Shown here in pieces: positions 10,801 through 20,822 of a stretch of 64,000 nucleotides of DNA (positions are counted from its first letter, which is position 1; every line of letters begins with the position of its first letter). The notes under the pieces are model-generated. The model saw only the letters and a program-made list of their open reading frames with translations, ran no database searches and was not told the origin of the DNA. This DNA is from Amoebophrya sp. A120 (Eukaryota > Protista > Dinoflagellata), in contig CAJINV010000019.1 of the NCBI GenBank assembly GCA_905178155.1, positions 154,982-218,981 on the forward strand, in the 5' to 3' direction. The position numbers and the translations under genes were made by a program.

Positions 10801-12450
10801 GGGTCCTGGTTGCGCTCGCAGGTTTGGCAGCCACAGCGTGGGAAGTTCGACGGCGCCGGGCGGCCCTACCCGAAGTTCTTTGCTGCGCAGGTGCGGAGCC
10901 GCGTCCCGCGCTTCTGGGGCAAGCGCGGGCGAATGCGCGGCGGCCCCTTGCCAGTTAATGTCGACGGCCTCCAGTTCCACCGGGCCGTTTTACGCGCATC
11001 CGCCGCCGGCGAGCAGGACGAAAACGAGCGCGGCAAGGAAGTTGCCGAGCGGGTCCGAAATATTTCCACGATGCTGGAAGAAAACTGCGGAGCCGACGGC
11101 ATGCACCGCGCTGCCTTGGCCTGGCCAAAGTTGCTACTTGATGGGGGCGAAGACGTGCAGAAGATGGGCTCACGCAGGTACGCCGCCGGGAGTGTTCAAG
11201 GAATCTCGCAGGCCGGGCGCGGGGCCGGGTTCTACAGCATCACGCCGGGGCAAACATTCGGAGAGGTCGACATCAAGAAGAGCCACCTGCGGTGCCTCGT
11301 CGGTGTCTGTGACCGCATTTTCTTCGGTTCAGTGGTTGGGCCGCCGCCGCTTGCTGCGCTCCGCCGCTACCTGGCCAACCCGGAGGAGGTCCACGCGGAG
11401 GTGGAGGCCGACGCGGGCTTCCAGGTTTTGGGGATCAGCGCGAAGGAGCTCTTTCTGCAAATTCTGTACAAGGCCGGGAAGCGCAACACGGAGATGCAAA
11501 AAATCTCCGCGAGGTCGGTCCTCCTCTTTGCAAGGGATGTGGCGACTTGCGTGGAAATTTTGCGGCAGGCGCATCCGCCTCTCGTCGCCTTTTTCGAAAA
11601 ACGGGCAAGGGAGGAGAAGAGAGGCCCGCAGGACAAGTTCTTTCGCGATCCGCTTCCATCGTTGCTGTCGTATTTGATGAACGACGAAGAAAATGCGATC
11701 TGTTCCTCGATCGAAAACAAAATCCGCGACCTTGGCCGCGAAGGGGTCGAGACTTTTCCAATTTACGACGGCGTCTTCTGCAATCTCGACCTCCTCCCGG
11801 CGGATTTTCTTTCCAATTGCGTGGAGCAGATTGCCATCGAAATGGGGTACGAAGTCGGCCTGAAGCTCAAGCCCCTGGCACCTGCCGGCTGGATGGTTTC
11901 GCCGTTGCACCGCCTCCCCGCTCTCCGCGCGGTGCAGCTGAAGGGGCCCGGTGGAAATAACGCAAGCGGCCCAGCTCCGGCGCACCCGCTTGGCTGTTTG
12001 TTGCACCAGGTCGGCCTGGACCACATGCAGTTGCCCTCTGGAGGACCGGGCGCGACCGCCAACGAGCTTGCGGGCTCGTTTGGCTTGCACCTGAAGCACG
12101 TGGCCTCTGGGTTGCAGCTTCCGGAAGAGGGAGCAGCGCGGCACTTCGTCCTCCAGGAGATGGCGGTCAGTGTTTCCGGCCCGGGCGAAGTTCCGGCCCC
12201 CACCGCCGTCTGGGAGGGAGAAACCGCGCGCCGCTGGTGGATCGTGGACTTTATTGGTGACGAAAACGCGGCAACTGTTTTCTTCTCGGAGGGTTCGGCG
12301 GAGGTTGGCGGCGCAGGCCTCGAGGCCCTTCGTGGTTTTCTCCGTGGAAATGGCGCGCTCATCGTCTTCCAGCAGGTCCGCCCGGGCGCGGCGCAGCAAG
12401 ACCCGGAAGAATTGCCTGAAGGAGAAGTTTATAGAATTACAGCGCATTGA
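7881..12450 (+). CDS. D5-like SF3 helicase fused to a C-terminal family-A-related (TVpol-like) DNA polymerase/primase
   Basis: Exons 7881-8084, 8207-8275, 8390-~9325 and ~9493-12450. Helicase motifs: Walker A NASGFGKTT (9931-9957), Walker B VTVTPE, D5-type IKTVVDPVCKVEARMLYSDP, motif C LLESN, Arg finger FSRIII. Polymerase motifs: SRRYAAGSVQGI, motif A EVDIKKSHLRCL (D at 11269), motif B AKELFLQILYKAG (K at 11443), SLLSYLMNDEENAI, motif C PIYDGVF (D at 11767). Confidence 0.75.
9327..9488. mobile_element. Degenerate family-A introner inside the helicase-polymerase gene
   Basis: Left end TATCAAGTGCAAAAGTGTCTGGGCCCGGAA, right end TTTCAGGCCCACACGCCTTTGCGTTCGATA. Removing 167 bp (element + 5) fuses ORF 8354-9409 in frame to ORF 9508-12450. 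Confidence 0.65.
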
Positions 12451-13354
12451 TCTAGGTATGAAGCAGGAGTCCCCTGCGCATATTGGTGCACTCAGACTCG
12501 GAAACTGTTTACGTCGTGTTTACATTACAGGCCAACCTTTCTTATCTTAACCCACACTCGGAAGTTGTTTACCTCATTTTTTCAAACTTACGCAGCCACG
12601 CGCGGAATAGGCTCGCGCGTGGCCTGTCCTTTCTATAAAAACGCAGAGAGTTTGTATCGAGCTAGCGGCTATGATCGTCAGCATCAATCTGACCAAGAGC
12701 ACGCAGACTAACTATGGTCGTCAGCATCTATTCAAGAACCAAGGTCGAAAATAATAAGAGAAGCGATACCATTGCGAGAAGGAATATGCCAAGGGATGGG
12801 CGGCACATGTCTCGGAAGAAAGCACCGCGCGAGCCCGCGTTCCAGGTGCCCGCGAAAAAAGCCGGCGCGGAGAGAGGTGTTCTGTCTCCGACTATGTATA
12901 GGCATCAGCCTGGCGGAAATCGCGGCGAGATCTGCTCTGAGGCAAGGAACTGCAATAGCCCGCGCGCCGTAAATAAAAAGCCAGCGCGATGAAAGTCGGG
13001 AGATCAGAAAATAGCAAAAACAAAAGCGATCCCCAATATATTAAGTTCCTCCGTCGCTGAGTTTCGCTGTGCTTAGAAAATGAAGCAAGGAAAGAAGGGC
13101 CATGAGCATGATCAAAGAGGTTGGCTTTGCTGAGAAAATCACTCAAACCCATAACACAGGGACGAGCTTCATCAAGATTGGGACGCTTTTTAATGAGAAA
13201 GAACCTTCGCGATTGCTAGGCCCGCTCTTACCCCCGTAGTTTGTTTAGTTAGAAAGAATTTTCGCGACTCTCTTTCCTGTCTTCTCTGTGCAATTTATAC
13301 ACATTGTCTAGATTTCTGCGCGCACACTCTCCCGCCTTCGCTGAACTAACAACA

Positions 13355-15900
13355 ATGAAGCGCGCGAATGTTGCCCAGCAAAACGCCAACCGGAGGGCGG
13401 CTGCTGGGGACCGGCTGCCGGCCCTGAACTTCAGCCCGACCGGGAAGAAGCAGCGGAAGGACTTCCCCTACAAGCAAATCACGCGCGAGGCCATTAAGGA
13501 CAAGGTAAGTCGTTGTAAGTAGCCCGCCTTGCTGCCGTTGGCCGTTTTTTCCATTCCTCTGCTGCTTTGGGTTTGCGATCTTTGTCGATCTCTTATGGAA
13601 CGAGATAAAACCACTCAAACAGCTCTGGTTTCGGGAAACCACACGCAAGAGGACCAAGGAGGCCCACGCCTGCAGTCTGTGCGGCATCGTCACCGACGAG
13701 AAAAAGTACGTCGTGCACAACAAGCAGACCCACGAACACCTTTTCAACTCCTGGAGGTGCCACGGTAACTGCCCGGCGCCCTACAAGGGGGACATGCAGA
13801 AGCTCTTCGGCTGCAAAGATTACAAGAGAGAGGAGGACATCTTTTGCTATGCCGCGCCGCTCGAGGGATCGGAGAAGCACGCCTACAGTATTGCGCTAGC
13901 CTGATGCGTGTTCCTATCTTTTTTCCTAGCAAGCTGCCGCGCCTGTTTAGTTTTTCAACCCGCTAGCGGAAATCTTCAAAACAACGAAAAACCCCCGGCA
14001 TCAGGTAAGTCCGGGTATGTCCATGTGACCGCCGCGCAGCTGAAACTGCGACAGCCCAAGCTCCGCGCTGACAAGTCTCTCAAGCTCGACGAGATCACGC
14101 GCCGGGAGGCGAGCGACCTGGTGAAGATGTTTTTCAGCAAGGCCCAGACCAAGCCGGACACCGTCCTGAAGTGCCCGAGCTGTGGCAAGGTGAGGCAGAT
14201 CAGGGAGGTCAGTAGCGCGGGCGCCTCGTTGCACTGCAGCAGCTGTGGCACGGCCGAGGCGTTCAATCTGTTCTCTCCACCTGGCCCGGCTGGCGGCGCG
14301 CAGCGGAGCACGCTGTCAGTGGTGGACATGATCCGGGTCGTTCGAAGCTTCGCGTATGGGGACACGGTGGATCGTGCCTGCAAGGACCTGAGTATATATA
14401 CCCACCCTGTTTTTTTTGGCCCTGGAGCCTTGCTTTTTGTGCGGCCGGGGGTCGCCTGGTCTTGCGGTTGTTTCGAGAAAAAGCGACGAGATTCGGCGCC
14501 TTAGCGAATTCAATCGTCCTCAAAATTTTTCAGATGTCGGGCACGCCACCCTCAAGGAGTACTGGAGCAAGCTCGTCAAGGCGGCCGCGGCCATGTACCT
14601 GCAGGGCATGGCGGGCGTGCGGTTTCCCGGGCGCGTGTGTTTGGAAGCGGATGAGGCGGCCTTCGGGTGCGTTACGAAGTTGGTCGCCGCTTCGCCGAGC
14701 AAAATGGGCAAGGCCAAGGCCGCAGCAGGCGCCGCCGGGGCCGCGAAGGCTAAAAGCGCCGCGGTGGAGCAGGAGATGGAAAAGGAGTACACGTCGCGGA
14801 TAATTCTCGGCACAATGCAGCGGGGCCGCCCCCTATGACAGCGAGACTTCGCGCCGCAGTCACATCCGAGGCATTTTGTGCGGTGTTCTCCCTTGCAAAA
14901 TGTGTCCGGTGTGACTGTGGCGCGCAGTTTTCCCTTCACACCCTGAGACGCTGCTCTTGTTCGACCTCGGCCACCAGCCGACGCGGCAGCACAGGCGATT
15001 CCGGCCGGTATGTTCTTTGGTTGCTTTTCCTAAGTATGTTGGTGCGCAGGTTCCTTTGCTTTCCGGGGTGCCTATTGGGTGCGGTTTTCCGTCACCTCTT
15101 TCATCGGCAGGCATTGTCGCAATTTTCCCCAACAGGTTCAGCAGAAGATCTGGCGGTGGATTTGGAAGAAGAAAATCGAGCCGAAGCTGGAAGGGTTGCA
15201 CCACGAGGACGGGCACATCTTCCTTGCCACAGATTCCGCAAAGTGCTACGAGATAGCGGCGCCATATACTGTATAGCTTTTCGCGTTTTTTTGTCTGTGT
15301 GTTCACCTTCCTCATTTGTAGCCTGCCGCCCATCTTCCAGGCGTCGGCCTTTCTACTTACCCAACCAACTAAAACCCCGCAGCACCTCCAAGTCAATCAC
15401 CAGAAGAAGGAATACTGGAAAAAGTTGCGGGACGCCGATGAGATCCCGCACTTCGGCAACAACTGGATGGAGTGCGTGTGGAAGCACATTCGTCGCCACA
15501 TCAAGGTACCCGCGGGGCGTACAGCCTTCGCTCTTTTCGCTTTTTGCCTCTTTCCATCTATGCCGTGTATGTTGGCGATCCCGTTGCCCGGCGCGGTCGC
15601 TGTTTCTTTCGACGTAAATTGACCACCCCCAAAATACAGGCGCGCTTCTCCGGCTTGACGCGTTCCCTCCTCTTGGAGAAGCCGGATTACGTTTACATGG
15701 GAGCGTATTTCTGGCGGAACGTTCTGGAGGTGGATGAAGTCGTCAAGGAGTTCATCGCGCAGCTCCTGCGGCCCAGCGCCGACACCTCCTGCGCGATCCA
15801 GGTCCCGCCGGACGGCTATGGGCCGGGGGACGAGGTTTCCTCTGACGATGACGACGCGGCCATTGTCGACGACGACTCCGATACCGATGAGGACAATTGA
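13355..15900 (+). CDS. Merlin / IS1595(ISXO2)-family DDE transposase with N-terminal zinc ribbon, multi-exon; one apparent +1 frameshift
   Basis: CPSCG..CSSCG ribbon; VCLEADEAAFG (D 14650; cf. VEIDES), IILGTMQRG, FLATDSAKCY (D 15232; cf. SDxWxxY), HLQVNHQKKEY (cf. HxxVNH), GNNWMECVWKHIRR (E 15470; cf. TNxIExxWxxxK), YMGAYFWR (cf. YLxEFxWR). GT-AG introns, e.g. 13505-13622. Linkage of the first two exons is less certain. Confidence 0.8.
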
Positions 15901-16309
15901 GCCGCTCGGGCGGGCCTAGAGAGGTCGCGAGCGTGTGCCCCTCCTCCGCCGCAGCGGCAGCCATCCCGGTCGCCTATCCATCGCTGTGAGGAGTCGAAGC
16001 TTGTAGAGAATTCGCTAACTTTTCTGCTCTCATCGTTGTGGTGTGGGCTTTTCATCTATTTTCGCGCGCCCTCGTTTCGGAGATTTTCACTTATTGTCTA
16101 CGTTCGTCATTGCTGCCGTTCTCGCATCTCTTCGCTCATTATGTATTCGAGAAACTAGCCGCCATCTCTTGCGATGTTGCTTCTGCGTCGTGTTCCCCCT
16201 ATGGGTGGACCTTGTTCGAGGTATACTAACTGACCAAACAGCGGAAGCGCTTCTGCTTACGCCTGTCGTATTGATGCCAAAAGCGGAAAAGCTAAGGCAG
16301 GGCCTCCCT

Positions 16310-16725
16310 GCGGCTTTTCGCGTTTCGCAACTCTGGCGGTGTTCGTAGCTTTCGCGAAAGAAAGACGGCAAGGAGCCCGATGGCGTACCTCGGTCGCTGT
16401 TTCTCTGTCGCTTTTCGCGTTTCGTGTTTCGCAGTACTGGCGGCGTTTTCGGCTTTCATAGTACACGGAAACCAATGAGCCTAGTGGCGTACCTCGGTCG
16501 TTGTTTCTCTGTCGTTTTTCGCGTTTCGTGTTTCGCAGCACTGGCGGCGTTTCCGCCTTTTTTAGTATAACAAAAGCAATGAGCCTAGTGGCGTACCACC
16601 GTGAAAGTTCCCGGTCGCTTTTCGCGTTTCGCATTTCGGGAGCCGCCTCCCCCTTCTCTTTGCTTACTATATTAATTATTTAAGGAATAGGCTTTGTATT
16701 TCTTTCGCTTTTCGTGTTTCGCAAT
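16310..16725. repeat. Imperfect tandem repeats of about 100 bp (4-5 units); probable subterminal repeats of the element
   Basis: (g/c)ttttcgcgtttcg recurs near 16313, 16410, 16513, 16617 and 16707; tggcgtacc(tcggtcg) recurs near 16381, 16484 and 16588. Confidence 0.75.
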
Positions 16726-16763
16726 TCAAGCAAGGAGGCCAGCTACTCTCACACTTTACACAA

Positions 16764-16790
16764 CACACCCACACACACACACACACACAC
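16764..16790. repeat. (CA)n microsatellite
   Basis: cacacccacacacacacacacacacac. Confidence 0.8.
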
Positions 16791-17060
16791 CAAAAACGCC
16801 CCTCATGCTATCGCTTTCTTCTATTTTCTGTGTTCCGAAGGGATCCGCGTTCTCACCAAATCACGATAGTAATCCAAGCCGTTGCACTTGTTGCAGGTAA
16901 AAAAAAGGTAGGTGTTTCGCCTTTAATTCTGCTTATTTGGCCGCGTGCCAACAACAACAACATCGTGATGATGCTTTAGTACGGTTCATCAAAAAAGCTA
17001 GTTTTGAAGGTATGACAAGAATGTTGATGACACGTATGGTGCCCGTGGGCATGCAGATGC

Positions 17061-19650
17061 TCATGCAAATCGACATCGAAATCTAGATTTGGTGGCATTC
17101 GGTTCCATCCGTACTTCCAAAAATTCCAGTTGCTCCTTCGGGTCCAATTCCTGAACGGAGATTATTGTGTCGTGGTAATCCCACACCCCCGGAAACTTAT
17201 GGTCCTGTTCGTCAGGCGTAAACAGGAGGGAATTCTGTGGAGGTGGAGGACGGCCGTCATAATCCTGGCCAAAGTAGCGTCCTCTGGAAAAACTACGTCC
17301 CCGGGACCCCACAGTCAAGACTATGAATTGCAAAAGCATCGCACTCGTATAAATGCATTACAAATGTCTCAGCATGAGAAAATTTGTAATGCTGATCTAA
17401 ATCAAGAAAAAGATTTGTGATGCATGATTGCAATACGAGTACGATACAGTTGCACAGGATAAAGACGCGAGCTCTGCTACAGATAGTATGCATAGCTACA
17501 TAGCTCAAGAAGTTTTTCTCCGTCCACGTCGTAGGCGGGGACGTGCACGACAAACGCCTTCCTACGGGAGTCGCGTAGATATAGTTTGTGTTGACTACTC
17601 ACTTAAAGATGAAGGAGTGAAGATCGAAAAACACGGTATGCTTGGATGCGCTTGAGAGCGCGCTCATCGATCATTAATTCAATACTGTTATGCAAGTATT
17701 GCAGCGTCTGCGTCAGCGTCACAACTCTTACTTTTATCTTGCCGCCTCCAAACCGGGCATGTATTTAAACTATTCGCAGTATCGCGTCGATAATGGGAAT
17801 GGGTCAGGGACGGACTGTTCACACAGGATAGCATGTCGCTCACAACTATCCTGAGAAAAAGCGTACGTACCCCCTCGTGGTCCTATGCTATGGTCCAAAG
17901 TACACAAATGAAGCAACGCTTGGGAGAAGTCATGCATGACAGAGCCCGGCGCGGGCGGGCTCGCAGCAGGAGCAGCAGCTGCTGGTGACTAGCTAGTATT
18001 ATAACCCCGGCCGCATCACAAACTGATGAACACCCTTTGCTCATTAGAGCATGCAACCTTGTTCTGAACGAGCATCAAGAAAAATCCCTCTCACGCGAAG
18101 CCGCATTAAAAACTCTCCTCATGGTTGTCGTTGTACTTGTATCCCAGGCTACATGCATGACAAGTAAAAGTACGGAGAGGCGCCCACGTTTTTGAACAGG
18201 ATAGTCACCTTTTGCATCTCGGTCGGGAACGGACCCAAAAACGTGTCATCGTCAAAATTACCGCTTTATCCACTGCAACTGTGTCTGGGTCGGGATGATA
18301 ATAGTGGAGTTTGTCATGCCAATCGTACATGGCCCGCGAAAATGCCTGTGATGCATGCTCTAGCATCACCGCTCTAACGGAGCCGGAGGCTTGCTCGTGC
18401 CTATCCTTCATGAGAACTGCCCCCGCCTCGTCCGGGCGGTGGCAACAGTCTGAGTGCCTTTTGCTGCTCATGCAGGCCAGGTTTTCCCATGATCGAAAGT
18501 TAGTAAACACAAACGCCATGCTTTTCAGACCCAGACATATTTGCAATCCATACATTTTCTCCGGGAACGGGGATATCGAAGTTATCTGCTGAGACGAAGT
18601 CATCTGAAATAAACTTCTTCCGCCCTTCCCCTTCGCGTAGTTCTTTTTTTTCTTCCGTACCTTGCTGCTGCGCAACTTGCTGGTGACTTCGTCCCTGTTC
18701 TACTTTTTCTCGTTGTGCTTGTTCCTTTTTTCCACCTTCTCTCTCCAACAACGTAGAACTACTGCTCTCTTCCGCTGAGGCACGACGAAACTCGGCTTTT
18801 TTCTCGTTTTCCTGCGCCTTATAGCCTGCTCAGGTTTTACGATCTCAAACGCTACAATAGAATAATGGAAATCTGTGATGTTAGAAGTGCATTATCTACC
18901 CAACTCTCATAGGATTGCACATGACAAGCTCCGGCGTCCCAAACCGCACTACAATCCGGCAAAATTTGTATATGCAGAGAGTGGAATGCTGTCCGAGTCT
19001 GTCTTGCTCGTCATGCAATACGAAATCCAGATTCTATTGTAAACGTTTGAGATTGTAATGTATGCGCAGGTCATATTCCTGTGTTCGTTCTTCTAATGTG
19101 GTTTTCATCATCTCTTCGGCTTTTTCATTTTCCAGAAACGCCGAGCTACTCGTGCTGGACGGAGGCGAGAAATTTTGGTCTTGATGAAGAACTGCTGGCG
19201 CGTCCTGCTCGGCGGAGTCGTGTCAGGTCGCGGTCGTGCTGCTGCTCGAAGATGATCCTGTGATGCCAGCAGCCGCAGCTTCCGCTTTGTTTTGTCTCAC
19301 TTCTCCTGTCGGGCGCCGATCTGTTTCAGGCGGCACAGCCGCGAAGGAGGAATCCTCATCCACAGAAGATGCGGGGTCGGGGTCACCTGTACTAGCAGGC
19401 GATACAACTCGACCTGATACTTGCGAGCTAGATTCCGCTTTTTGAACTTTGTCCTTCTCGACCCGCAGCGCAAAGACCAGAAACGTGGTGGAGGGAGCCG
19501 GGGCAGGTTGGAAAATCCTGCTCGCGTTTGATGTGCTGGTGAGGTGCTGCACACTGGAGGGGGCGGACCGCAGTGTCTTGTACTCGGACATCAAAAGGTC
19601 CTCGATGTGGTTCTCCTTCAGTAGTTGTAGATGAAAAAATGATTCGAAAG
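17061..19650 (-). CDS. Hypothetical multi-exon host gene interrupted by introners; boundaries uncertain
   Basis: Removing introner 17322-17461 plus one TSD joins ORF 17293-17553 to ORF 17061-17339 in frame (ARV|LTVGSRG). Further coding-like segments extend to ORF 19223-19834. Confidence 0.35.
17322..17461. mobile_element. Family-B introner
   Basis: TATGAATTGCAAAAGCATCGCACTCGTA...TACGAGTACGATACAGTTGCACAGGATA; TSD aagac/aagac. Confidence 0.85.
17847..18203. mobile_element. Degenerate family-C introner
   Basis: TATCCTGAGAAAAAGCGTAC...CACGTTTTTGAACAGGATA; TSD not conserved. Confidence 0.5.
18267..18552. mobile_element. Degenerate family-A introner
   Basis: TATCCACTGCAACTGTGTCTGGGTCGGGA...TTCAGACCCAGACATATTTGCAATCCATA; TSD degenerate. 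Confidence 0.7.
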
Positions 19651-20822
19651 CGGCCAGAAGGACTGCAGTGCAGGAGGCGAGCAAAAGAGCTAAATTCCAT
19701 TGTTGAAGACGAAAGTGCGGAGCAACGTGGCGCAGCACCCGCGGTCGTACCACGACGCAACAAGAAAAACTCCGCGGGGGACGGCCACGACGCCGGCGGT
19801 TGTACACGATCACGCTTTGGTCCTCACCCAACATCGTTTCTTCTTTATTCTTAGTAGTAGAACGCCAACTACGCGCGTCGGTGATCGAAGAAAAGTAGGA
19901 ACCGCCCGTCGGGGAACAAGAGCTGAAACGGGTTGTGGTCAGAGGAGCCGCCGATATAAAGATTACGAAGTGGAGGCCGCCGCGTTATCAGTCGTATCGC
20001 CCGTTACTGACAAGGTCGCACACAAAATTGTGTCGTTCTTGTATTAGTCCAGGGACTTCTACTAGTCCCGCACCACGGCGACGAGATGCAATCCGCTGCG
20101 GGAAGAGCGTAGGTGGCCGCACGATAAAAAATCGAAGTATAATTCCGCCAAAATGTTGACTCTATTTCAACACTCAAGTAGCGAACATAGCTCGTTAGGA
20201 TATTCATAGGGTATAGCGAATCAATCAAGTGTACTTAAAATAAGCGTGCTAGCCAAGACCAGATGGCTGGTTTGTGGCGGACTGGAAGGAACTTCTCCCA
20301 CACACTCTCAGATTGCTGACACTCAAAGTATCCATCTCCCTCCAGCACTTCTGTTGAATACAAGTGCGCCCAAGTATCGCCTCAAGAAGTAGAACCACAC
20401 AAAAACAGACGGGAAAACACGTGTTCTACCTGTTGTACAAGAAGACACCTCAAGCCATTATTAGTTTTTGTTTCCCTACCCCTCATCGCACTCCCTTGCA
20501 AGAACATCCCACTCGAAGGTGATAAAACTTGCCACAGGAACTACAGACATGGGAAATGACTGCAGCAGCACACCAGGAAGAGGAACCAAACAAGTTTTGC
20601 ATTTGATTTCATTTCTCTGGTCGTGCATAGTCTAATTATTGCGTCACCCTCAGAGGTTATCTTGATCTTACGATACATTAGCGAAACCCGGTTTGTTCAT
20701 GTAGTTCATTTGTTCTCAGAGTCACAACTGTCGTTAGATTTTCATCTTTCTAGAGAAGTTCATGTCCAGGCGTGCAAAGACACATCAATCCGTGTTTATT
20801 CATGATGAGGCCCGCACCTTGT

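Larger units (their letters stand above)
1..16750 (+). mobile_element. Large GC-rich composite mobile element (Merlin/IS1595 transposase + SF3 helicase-TVpol + OTU-like protease); ends not defined, left end probably outside the window
   Basis: Visibly more GC-rich than the downstream host DNA. All genes are on the + strand whereas host genes are on the - strand. It contains transposase and replicase genes, with tandem repeats near 1-230 and 16310-16725. No TIR/TSD pair could be identified. Confidence 0.6.

Noticed and set aside
8363-12447. Long minus-strand ORFs (8363-9283, 9199-10077, 11329-12447)
   Set aside because: They are antisense shadows of the GC-rich plus-strand replicase gene and contain no motifs.
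7881-12450. Classification as a Polinton/Maverick or Helitron
   Set aside because: No protein-primed PolB motifs, RVE integrase or capsid genes were seen, nor HUH Rep or PIF1 motifs. The helicase is SF3-type and the polymerase is PolA-like.
13355-15900. The Merlin transposase as the enzyme mobilising the introners
   Set aside because: Merlin/IS1595 elements typically make 8-9 bp TSDs whereas the introners have 5-bp TSDs. No introner-type TIR bounds the transposase gene. Not formally excluded.
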